Shown: positions 26,201-33,677 of the stretch, in pieces
Position numbering within the stretch: position 1 is the first letter of the stretch
Layout: every line of letters begins with the position of its first letter
Notes under the pieces: model-generated
Databases searched by the model: none
What the model was told of the DNA's origin: nothing
What the model saw: the letters and a program-made list of their open reading frames with translations, nothing else
Assembly (NCBI GenBank): GCA_964512235.1
Contig: CAZEGD010000003.1
Location: 101 to 64,100 of the forward strand
Source of the DNA: an uncultured archaeon
Lineage (GTDB): Archaea > Aenigmatarchaeota > Aenigmatarchaeia > CG10238-14 > SCSR01
DNA: 64,000 bases
Direction of reading: 5' to 3'
Program-made: the position numbers and the translations under genes

Positions 26201-26709
26201 AGTGCGAATATGACTATGTGGGTACTGCTAATTTGAGCGTAGAAGTGTCGGATATGGCACACAAGTACCCGATAGGCACCGAAACAAAGAACCTGAAACT
26301 GCCTTTCTACATAGCTTCTGGCAATACATTAGAAGAAGATTTGCTATGCGGTGCTTCTACGACGGACGACGATCCGAATACGGAAGAAGTTGAATTCCCA
26401 CAATGGCAAGACTGCAAAGAACCCTATAAACATGAAATAACGGTTAGTGTTTCTAGCGGATTTGGAACAGTTGACATCTATAGAAATGACGAATTCATCG
26501 GAAAAGCCACCGAAGTAATATCGTTTATAGTCCAATTCAGCTCCGAAGACATTGCAAAATTTGTAGCGACTCCCTCAACAGGGTATAGTTTTGAGAGCTG
26601 GTGCGGAGATGATGATTGCTGTTCGCCACCGGACCCAGAATGCGGCCCTACCATTTCAAGGACAATTAATGCAGATGGTAATCTATATGCCAACTTCGAG
26701 TCAGTTTAG
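23290..26709 (+). CDS. Giant (1139 aa) Cys-rich surface protein with a pilin-like class III N-terminus, poly-Thr linkers and two C-terminal B-repeat-like modules (putative pilus-borne adhesin)
   Basis: TTG start; RARAKKRSKG|LIVAAILVIAAIAIAGAGIYY. Thr7 run at 25012-25032 and Thr11 run at 25294-25326. Repeated PVCTDSDGG/PVCTDSDDC Cys modules. Internal duplication between 25819-26103 and 26431-26706. Confidence 0.85.
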   Translation: MRARAKKRSKGLIVAAILVIAAIAIAGAGIYYSNFIYRVQTTVEIVKEATIVEAINYVEMLKIGLRNAVGYSVYRASDDVLTLGGICEHSLQSSESGYCTEDCKIPAGTPTFECTPWWKVHDKIYAPTKGEFMEYMTNRTLQNFEGYANMLEVQDLEVPNYCPPLGRDCSGCLTDSECPEGCNGLRETGGVATIESTKSLDPEIKTKMESKNDYLKNEKIEYERDFFTVADNSSFTDTVKATTFSLFDFARDKFIENDYISQVFDQGDEPMPNTWCAMTADNYCDVTSDCRQDTNNCWNGDCCCKGIYYGNVCLDELPNCEAGLDQYCKRDYTGTTCMEADSNCDNTISAKEYYNYTVKGQLSIDEDETDAYGNKFRVKTALDGCIEVGTESTQTYSEIVEVNWYDYDPVADQADCDVITAEGCGCGEYCTASDPECGDCIGITPGIFDGPCPWETLSCPDECCGLEWECIEWEEPGPCEEPEETDIAVEANFQYLVLAESPVCTDSDGGANNLVYGCCEYGTDTYCDYCDGTNVVEYYCSPVINPTHCGSITHGCVGWYGAGATCSGGKCIEPTTTTTTTLPPVCTDSDDCPAIDTDGGYNLYEKGTCSWRICDSDHNCKVTYTQTDSCISSTKVYEMRPGSPVNYCDGETENCPSGTICSDGACVETTTTTTTTTTTLPATCINHNECSQACTDLCPYMVYGCCYGCMLGQCIGGTCQCIEKPTYCSGSPISQVGSQCIVGPVCSDIGLGTPSVSPSTPTAGSTFQISCPVTQVGADCIAAYANDMSSRCNYTHWSGNNAVFNCPGLAAGTYTARCTSQTETPSNCCYDTTTTSYATITPTHDIVVGVTQGSGAVNVAINGIPVQTVTEASTATITFEHGDSASFEAIPSSGYTLESYCGWVTDGEVVCCTPDECPSPLIRPIWESGGLYVNFVASVTCTKHEIRLECRDSICGFPGCCKKAAYMKDVKCEYDYVGTANLSVEVSDMAHKYPIGTETKNLKLPFYIASGNTLEEDLLCGASTTDDDPNTEEVEFPQWQDCKEPYKHEITVSVSSGFGTVDIYRNDEFIGKATEVISFIVQFSSEDIAKFVATPSTGYSFESWCGDDDCCSPPDPECGPTISRTINADGNLYANFESV

Positions 26710-28763
26710 GCATACAGCTTTTCTGGTTCTCTACAGCAGCAAGCGGTTTTTGATTCACCATCAACTACGACATTATTGCAGAAATACTCATCTATATTTT
26801 CTGTATCAAAACACTTATCACCACAGGACTCTTCAGATCTGCAATAATAAGGACATCCTGGACAGAATTCCCTATTGATTGGAACGGAATTTCTCCACCC
26901 AAAGAAATTCTTCCCATCTAAATATCTATAAGTTAGATTTCCAACAAAAGAGAATGATTTGTAACTCTGTACATCAACTATAGCACTTTCAGGATCTATT
27001 TCTAGATTGCAAACAAAGCTCCTCGAACCCTCTAAGAACTTCTTTTGTCCACCTTTGTAAAAATCATCTTCTGATATTGTAATCTGATTTCCATCACGTG
27101 TACAATCCCCACTCACACCAGTCAACCACGACGGAAACCCACCTTCAAAGCTTCCTAAGGCTTCTATCGTTATAGCAGCTTTATCATCTATATCTATCGG
27201 TTTGTATTTACCAGTCTCCTTACCATTCACAACTTCAATTGTCATCCTTATTTCATTTCTTCTCATCTCTTCAAGGATATAAGGTGAATCAAAATCGATT
27301 ATCAAGTCAACTGGCCCGTCTGTCGGAATTTCATCGGACAGATGTTTTATAGCCCCCTGTCTAGAAGCGATATACTCATCGTCTTCAGTATTAGCAAGAA
27401 CCAAAGTTCTTGTATGCACGACTGACGAATCGTATCTCAGTTTTATTTCAAACTCCAGTTGTTGTACACCTTGATCCTCACATGGAAATGTGTTGAAATA
27501 GGAAAGCTGCGACACACCATTTATAACTGAATAATCGTTTGGGCAAGGGTCGTATTGCCAGTAGTTTATGCTACACTCTGTACATCCACCTAATGTACTA
27601 CTACTACTGTACCCATCAATTATACACACCTTATACCCACCTGCGAAATAAGATGCAAAAATCTTTAGTTCATCTTCTGGTCCCAACGTACATTCATTTT
27701 CATCATCACATATATCTATAGTCTGAGCCTCGTAAAGGAAGGGGTTTGCATTAGACCTCCTTCCAATAGTTCTATTAACATAGGCCCATACATGGGTTTG
27801 TCTCAATTCTACATTTTCTCTATCGTCTCCATTACCAATCACTATATTGCTAAAGACTAAACCACCACCTTCAGTATCCTCGTCATTCAAGTTTTTGATA
27901 TAGATAGGCAACACGTAGTCCGACTTCACATTATCTGTATAACCATATGGTGTAGGAATTTCGTAAGTTGTTTTTCCTTCTCTGAACCTTTTGTTACCTA
28001 TCTCTATTCCCAGTGTGTCATAAGACTTGTAACCTGCATATGAGATACCATCCTCAACTATTTGAGGGCAGAACATTGGATTGTCAGATCCTATGAGCGA
28101 ACAGAAAAGAGCTTGCGGATTACCCAAACTCGATATAAGCGATGATATATCATACCCAGACACCATTCCCAATGAGAATACTCCCACCGCTACAATTATT
28201 AAAAGCATTATAGGAGTGCCTATTTGCCACTCCCATCTTTTTGTTGAAATGATTAACACAAGACCTATCAGAAGACCTGAAATGATGAGAATCCAATGAC
28301 CTACAGAAAAGAAAAGGAAAGGTGTTAATAAAATGTCTGCAAGGAATGGAAACTGTTTATCTAAGAAACTAAAAATTGGATTGTATAACAAGAACAGTGA
28401 AGCAATTGAAATCCCAGATGAGACTACAAATGTTATACCATTTTTTAATATTTTGCCAATTTTTGTAAGTTGAATTTCAGGTTTCTCTAAATTTTCAATA
28501 TTAGCTCCACAATTTTTACATTTTTTAGATTCTCTTGGATTGCCCGTACCACAATTAGGACAAATCTTTTGAAAAGACCGATCCTTTACTTTACCATAAG
28601 CTTCTTTACCTTTCTCTTTGGCTTTTCCACCCCTTTCCTTGGCCTTCCCCCATTTTTCTTTTAGCCAATCATGTTTACCTTTTTTTTCACGGCCTAACCC
28701 TTGCATCCCAGCGGCTATTTTTTCTTCCTGCTCCTTTGTATATTCTTTTTTCTCTTTAGCCAT
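26706..28763 (-). CDS. Zinc-ribbon / multi-TM / large Cys-containing ectodomain protein (685 aa)
   Basis: K-rich N-terminus (GKAKERGGKAKEKGKEAYGKVKD), CPNCG...CKNCG zinc ribbon, about 4 TM segments, then about 460 aa ending in CPGCPYYCRSEESCGDKC...ACCC. Its stop codon overlaps the stop of 23290..26709. Confidence 0.75.
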   Translation of the reverse strand: MAKEKKEYTKEQEEKIAAGMQGLGREKKGKHDWLKEKWGKAKERGGKAKEKGKEAYGKVKDRSFQKICPNCGTGNPRESKKCKNCGANIENLEKPEIQLTKIGKILKNGITFVVSSGISIASLFLLYNPIFSFLDKQFPFLADILLTPFLFFSVGHWILIISGLLIGLVLIISTKRWEWQIGTPIMLLIIVAVGVFSLGMVSGYDISSLISSLGNPQALFCSLIGSDNPMFCPQIVEDGISYAGYKSYDTLGIEIGNKRFREGKTTYEIPTPYGYTDNVKSDYVLPIYIKNLNDEDTEGGGLVFSNIVIGNGDDRENVELRQTHVWAYVNRTIGRRSNANPFLYEAQTIDICDDENECTLGPEDELKIFASYFAGGYKVCIIDGYSSSSTLGGCTECSINYWQYDPCPNDYSVINGVSQLSYFNTFPCEDQGVQQLEFEIKLRYDSSVVHTRTLVLANTEDDEYIASRQGAIKHLSDEIPTDGPVDLIIDFDSPYILEEMRRNEIRMTIEVVNGKETGKYKPIDIDDKAAITIEALGSFEGGFPSWLTGVSGDCTRDGNQITISEDDFYKGGQKKFLEGSRSFVCNLEIDPESAIVDVQSYKSFSFVGNLTYRYLDGKNFFGWRNSVPINREFCPGCPYYCRSEESCGDKCFDTENIDEYFCNNVVVDGESKTACCCREPEKLYA

Positions 28764-28826
28764 CTCTATCTAGAATTAAATTGTCTTTTGTAAGACTAAA
28801 ATATTCCTCTTTCTAAATTGTTATTA

Positions 28827-29165
28827 ATGGCATGCGACTTGATTGTAAACATCTTTTTATGCGGATGGGTGCACATCTTCCGCGGAATCTTTGGAATCTT
28901 CGTACCCCTAGAAGGAATAGTGCTAACCATTGCCAGCGCTATAATATCCTCAATAATCATTTACATACTTGCCAAAACGCTTGGCAGGATTGGTGGTATG
29001 CTTCTGGCTGGAGTCGGTTTAGTCGGAGCTCTTTTTACAGCTGGTATTTCCCTAACTCTGACTATAATTGGCGTGCTCATAACACTCTTCGAGCGATCGG
29101 TGATGCTGATAGTCATAATCAACATAGGGCTGCATGCGACATGCATGCTGCTAGGCTGCGTTTAA
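28827..29165 (+). CDS. Small hydrophobic membrane protein
   Basis: 3-4 TM segments, G/I/L-rich. Start placed at ATG 28827 (track: TTG 28818). Confidence 0.5.
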   Translation: MACDLIVNIFLCGWVHIFRGIFGIFVPLEGIVLTIASAIISSIIIYILAKTLGRIGGMLLAGVGLVGALFTAGISLTLTIIGVLITLFERSVMLIVIINIGLHATCMLLGCV

Positions 29166-29284
29166 TCAAGACTTTAGGAAAAGGATTTAAATTTCACTGT
29201 TTAATTATGACTATAGTTAGATAGTAACTCAAAATGCTCATCTAATGCAAAAATACAAGGAAAAGATAAACGGAGGTACAATAA

Positions 29285-29635
29285 ATGGCAGAAGAGTCAT
29301 TCCAGACACAAGCTCCAAGAGAGACGCAATCTGCAAGTGTGTCAAATCTTGGAAACAGGAACAGAAAAGATGACAACGTAATCTTCGTAGGTCGCAAGCC
29401 GTCTATGGCTTACGTATTGGGCGTAATTACCCAGTTCAATGACGGGAGACCAGAGGTGCACATCAAAGCCAGAGGCAAATCCATAAGCCGGGCAGTTGAT
29501 GTTGCAGAGATTGCGCGAAGGCGTTTCCTAAGCGATGTGCAGATAAGAAGCATAGATATTGGAACGGAAGAACGAGAGCTTGAAGACAAGTCAAAAATCA
29601 ATGTTTCAACGATTGACATAACACTTGGAAAGTAG
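29285..29635 (+). CDS. albA: Alba (Sso10b) DNA/RNA-binding protein
   Basis: NVIFVGRKPSMAYVLGVITQF...VHIKARGKSISRAVDVAEI matches the Alba core. Confidence 0.9.
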   Translation: MAEESFQTQAPRETQSASVSNLGNRNRKDDNVIFVGRKPSMAYVLGVITQFNDGRPEVHIKARGKSISRAVDVAEIARRRFLSDVQIRSIDIGTEERELEDKSKINVSTIDITLGK

Positions 29636-29695
29636 GTTCTTGATTCACGCAAGTGCCAGTAAGCATACTCGTAAGTATGCTGAAATTTCTATTTT

Positions 29696-31246
29696 TTACC
29701 TTTCTAGAATGAACGATTTTTTGTGCAGGGGCGATTCTTTTACTTCATGCACGAGCATGTGCATGCGCTCGGCCACGTCCATCACAGGATCTTCCTTCAG
29801 GATTTGCTCAGCCCTTTTGAGCTTTCTCGCCTTATCCGCGTATATAGTGAACAGCCTGTCACCAATCTTTACAGCATCCCCTACTTTCTTATAGAGCTGT
29901 ACGCCTGCAGTCTTGTCCTTTGGCGAGCCTGCAGCTCTTGCCACGGCTATCAATGCCGAATTATTTATCCACAGGACGTAGCCCTTTCTTTCAGCCTTTA
30001 CATCCAGTCCATATTTACTCACTTCAAGGTCGTCCGGCTTTATCTCAGAGTCACCACCCTGCTCAAAAATTATCTGACGCAGCTTCTTCTCGGCCTTGCC
30101 GGATTTTAGCGCTTCCATTGCAACCTCCTGGCCATTACCTTTTGCCTTGCCAGCGAGCTCGAGGAGCATGCCTGCTATATGCGTAGCTTTGTCTACGAGA
30201 TCAGGCACCGCTGCCTTGCGCATGATTGCCTGCAATGCCTCTCTTGCTTCCAATAGAGGACCGACAGTATGACCTATGGGCTGCTCGCCATGTGTGATTG
30301 CACACTCTACGCGTACACCAACTTTCTTCCCGAGTTCTATAAAATCCTTTGCAAGCAAGTTCGCATCGCCTATTGTCTTCAGCTTGGAGCCACGTCCGCA
30401 CGGCATGTCTATCACAACATACTCAGCACCTACAGCCTTCTTCTTGCTCATTATGGAAGGCATCATCAACGGGTCAATGGACAATGGATACTCTATCTGA
30501 ACGAACTTGTCATCCGCCGGTGCAAGATGCAAGGCACCGCCCCATACTATGCAACCATTCGTCTTTTTGACTACAGTCTTCATATCGTCTATGTCAAGTG
30601 CAACAGGCATCAGGACTTCTGCCCTATCGGCTGTGCCGGCTGCAGATGTGATTGCACGTGACGATGTCTTAGGAATCACCACCCCACAAGCTGCTACAAT
30701 GGGTACGACAAGAAGCGTAGTCTTGTCGCCAGGCACACCACCTATGCTATGTTTGTCCACAATCGGGCCGTCTTTTATTTTCAGACGATCCCCAGTATCA
30801 ACCATAGCATTTGTCAGACCGGCAGCTTCGTCTATACTCAAGCCAAAAGCTTCCAAAGCAGTGACAAAAGCAGCAAGCTCTATTTCATCCAACCTGTCAT
30901 CCACCACATCTTGCACAATCTCTCTAAGATCTTCCTCGTTCAGCTTGCGGCCCTTCAGCTTGTCCCTTATGTGCTGCAACGATTTCGGAAACTTTGCAAC
31001 TTCCACTGTTATTTTTGCACCATCCTCTATATTCAAAGCTTTAGCCACTTCATCAAATACTCCTATAGTTCCCTCCTCTACAACACGCTCTGCCAGGTTC
31101 ACTATAGCTATGCGCTCTTTGCCTCTCAGCTGCAGCCACACCCTGCTATCGCTGCGTATGCCAAGATCTTCCGCATCCTCTACATTCAGGACTACAACCG
31201 GACTACCGCCCGACTCCATCCCCAAAATCTTTGCATTCAGTTTCAT
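29696..31246 (-). CDS. deoA: AMP phosphorylase (archaeal thymidine-phosphorylase family)
   Basis: N-terminal extension MKLNAKILGMESGGSPVVVLNVEDAEDLGI plus DKHSIGGVPGDKTT and a pyrimidine-nucleoside-phosphorylase C-terminal domain. It sits next to rbcL and e2b2. Confidence 0.9.
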   Translation of the reverse strand: MKLNAKILGMESGGSPVVVLNVEDAEDLGIRSDSRVWLQLRGKERIAIVNLAERVVEEGTIGVFDEVAKALNIEDGAKITVEVAKFPKSLQHIRDKLKGRKLNEEDLREIVQDVVDDRLDEIELAAFVTALEAFGLSIDEAAGLTNAMVDTGDRLKIKDGPIVDKHSIGGVPGDKTTLLVVPIVAACGVVIPKTSSRAITSAAGTADRAEVLMPVALDIDDMKTVVKKTNGCIVWGGALHLAPADDKFVQIEYPLSIDPLMMPSIMSKKKAVGAEYVVIDMPCGRGSKLKTIGDANLLAKDFIELGKKVGVRVECAITHGEQPIGHTVGPLLEAREALQAIMRKAAVPDLVDKATHIAGMLLELAGKAKGNGQEVAMEALKSGKAEKKLRQIIFEQGGDSEIKPDDLEVSKYGLDVKAERKGYVLWINNSALIAVARAAGSPKDKTAGVQLYKKVGDAVKIGDRLFTIYADKARKLKRAEQILKEDPVMDVAERMHMLVHEVKESPLHKKSFILER

Positions 31247-31253
31247 TTTCTCA

Positions 31254-32474
31254 CTAATACCATTTCTTTAGAGCGGCCGCAAGCTCTTTATGCTTCTTTG
31301 CATACTCACCCAAGCTGATTTTATTTATTGTAGCATATAGTGCTTGCCTAGCAGCAGTTGCACCTGCACGCGTGCCTCTAGGATGGCCATGGATGCCACC
31401 ACCCATCTGGATAATCACATCATTCCCAAACAGCTTAACAATCTTCGGCAGCAGTGCCGGATGCAAACCGCCTGATGCGACAGGCATAGTTTGCTTCAAG
31501 CCATGCATCTTTGACTTGAGCGCATCTACATTCTCCAGCACTTCTTGCTTAGTCTCATACATCTTTCCAACCCCGGTACCAACATGCAACTGATCTATAC
31601 CGACAATTCTTAGTAACTTTGCAAAGACTTTCATAGATATCCCATTCTTAGGATTCTTCGTTATAGCAGCATGCATCGCCCTATGTCCATGTAGTACCAA
31701 CCCAAAATTGTGCTCACGCATCGTCTGCAAGGCAGACCAGCCGGCTGTAAATACGTCTATCATAGCATACCTACCGCCACGGTCTTTCACAAATTTTGCC
31801 CTACGAATCATATCATCAGTCTCTGCGGTTATGTTTGGCATATATGCTTTGCATTTGCCAGTCTCTCTCTCTGCAAGATCCCGCATCTTGAGTGTCTGTA
31901 CTATGCGTTTGCTAAATACATTAAAGATTTGACTGGACAGGTTTTCATCGTCTTTTACAATATCACACCCACCAATCCAAGCATTGTAGGCAACTTTGGC
32001 ATGATGACTTGTCTTAAGCCCAAGCTTTGGCTTTATTATGCTTCCAATTAATGGCCTTTTCTCAACTCGCAACATCCTTCTTATCCCATCTATCCCATAG
32101 CGCGGGCCTTTGAAACTCTTTACGAGCTTCCTCGGCAGCTGTATGTCTTCAAGCCTCAAATTTTTCAATTCATTCAGACCAAAGACGTTGCCCGCCACAC
32201 TGCTGAGGATGTTTGCCATGTTACCTGGCTCGAAGAGTTTTTGGGGGTATGCAACTCTTACGCTATTGCCTTTTATTTCAAAGACATTCGCCTGCAGTTT
32301 CTCAATGTACTTGTGCATCGTGGCGACTTCAGTCCACGTACCTATACTGCTTTCAGCCGCGACTGCGCCCGCAGCTTTCTTCAGACTTATGCCTCTAGGC
32401 TCTACGTAGAATTCGCAAACCACATCACTCTTCTTTGGCTTGTACTTCAAATTTACAAAATCTAGATATTTCAT
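31254..32474 (-). CDS. rbcL: Ribulose-bisphosphate carboxylase large subunit, form III-like
   Basis: GGCDIVKDDENL (carbamyl-Lys motif), GHRAMHAA, LHVGTGVGK and QMGGGIHGHP. I placed the start at Met 32474, which forms an ATGA overlap with the e2b2 stop; the track start at 32546 adds 24 unlikely residues. Confidence 0.9.
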   Translation of the reverse strand: MKYLDFVNLKYKPKKSDVVCEFYVEPRGISLKKAAGAVAAESSIGTWTEVATMHKYIEKLQANVFEIKGNSVRVAYPQKLFEPGNMANILSSVAGNVFGLNELKNLRLEDIQLPRKLVKSFKGPRYGIDGIRRMLRVEKRPLIGSIIKPKLGLKTSHHAKVAYNAWIGGCDIVKDDENLSSQIFNVFSKRIVQTLKMRDLAERETGKCKAYMPNITAETDDMIRRAKFVKDRGGRYAMIDVFTAGWSALQTMREHNFGLVLHGHRAMHAAITKNPKNGISMKVFAKLLRIVGIDQLHVGTGVGKMYETKQEVLENVDALKSKMHGLKQTMPVASGGLHPALLPKIVKLFGNDVIIQMGGGIHGHPRGTRAGATAARQALYATINKISLGEYAKKHKELAAALKKWY

Positions 32475-33286
32475 CTCAACATCCTCTTCACTTTTGCAGG
32501 ACTCAGAATCCCCTTCTCGGTCACTATACCTGTAACGTACTTCCAAGGTGTGACATCGAACGCTGGGTTCCGCACATCAAATCCCTCTCTTTCTGTCTTT
32601 GTGACTTCACTCTGGTCTCTTTCTTCTATTACAAATTTCTTTCTCTTGTCAATCTTCATCAATCCGCCTATGAAATATACGGGGACTTTATTTTCCTTTG
32701 CAAGCACGGCAAGCATGTACGTGCCAATCTTGTTCACAACACCCTCTTTGCGTATGGCATCGCACCCAAAAATCATTGCATTCACATCTTTAATGTAAAA
32801 CCCTGCGGCCGCATCAACGATATAGACAACCGGTATGTCCGCATCTACCAACGTCCGAGCAGTTATCTTACCCTGCCACATAGGCCTAGTCTCCGTAACA
32901 ATAACTCTGAATTTTATTTTCTTCGTCTTGGCAACCTTCAACAAATCAACAACGCTACCGCTGTGGCAATGTGTCAGAAGTGTGGGATACTTCTTAATCA
33001 GCTTGTAGTTTACAGTTCCAATCACGTTCCCTATATTTTCAAAATAATATATCATCTCGTCTATGGTATCAACAGTCTTTCCCTTTTTGATTTTTTCCAC
33101 TGCATTGTAGAGCGTGACTGCAGTCGGCCTTGCACCGACCATTCTTTTGCTTGCAGAATTGAAACTCTTTCCAAACCCATCTTTTTTTGCAACAACTTTC
33201 AAAGCATTCAATCCAGCTATTGCTATTGATCTTGCTCCACGGATTCTCATGCTTTTAATGTCTTCCACTATATTCTCCAGACCCAT
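32471..33286 (-). CDS. Ribose-1,5-bisphosphate isomerase (eIF-2B alpha/beta/delta-like, e2b2)
   Basis: IRGARSIAIAG..., THCHSG and GCDAI...G.VNKIGT are eIF2B-family motifs. Operonic with rbcL and deoA. Confidence 0.85.
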   Translation of the reverse strand: MGLENIVEDIKSMRIRGARSIAIAGLNALKVVAKKDGFGKSFNSASKRMVGARPTAVTLYNAVEKIKKGKTVDTIDEMIYYFENIGNVIGTVNYKLIKKYPTLLTHCHSGSVVDLLKVAKTKKIKFRVIVTETRPMWQGKITARTLVDADIPVVYIVDAAAGFYIKDVNAMIFGCDAIRKEGVVNKIGTYMLAVLAKENKVPVYFIGGLMKIDKRKKFVIEERDQSEVTKTEREGFDVRNPAFDVTPWKYVTGIVTEKGILSPAKVKRMLR

Positions 33287-33295
33287 AATTCAATT

Positions 33296-33595
33296 TTATT
33301 TTCTGAGCTTATAATTTCTCACTGCTTTTTCAATATAGTTCAAGAATCTGACCAATACCTTTGCATGCCTCGGTTTCAGATATTTATCAGCAGCAAGATG
33401 AAGAAGAGCGGAAGCTAGACCTTTATACCCATCCATGAAGTACCCTATAAATGCAGCACTCAACGGATCGTGAAAGAGCACCCTATGACGCCTGCCTAGA
33501 AAACGATAAGGGTAGTCGATTGCCGCGTGCGTAGCATTGCAATCATCGCCCAGCAGCAGCTTTGAGAATTTCTTATGTGCAGTCCTATCTGGCAT
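33296..33595 (-). CDS. Hypothetical protein (His-rich helical)
   Basis: 99-aa ORF, 9 nt downstream of... (upstream in transcription of) e2b2 on the same strand. No recognised motif. Confidence 0.45.
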   Translation of the reverse strand: MPDRTAHKKFSKLLLGDDCNATHAAIDYPYRFLGRRHRVLFHDPLSAAFIGYFMDGYKGLASALLHLAADKYLKPRHAKVLVRFLNYIEKAVRNYKLRK

Positions 33596-33677
33596 AAAGA
33601 TTGATTCACGCTAAGCAGTGATAGCAATTTAGAACCAACTCAAGTGGTTATTTTTCAATAAAACAAATTATAATTTG

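Noticed and set aside
29723-33314. Many long ORFs antisense to deoA, rbcL and e2b2, for example 30507..31271 (254 aa), 32435..33229 (264 aa) and 30749..31318
   Set aside because: They lie entirely within, and opposite to, genes with unmistakable enzyme motifs. Their translations are low-complexity (S/T/P/A/L-rich) with no motifs. They are shadow ORFs.
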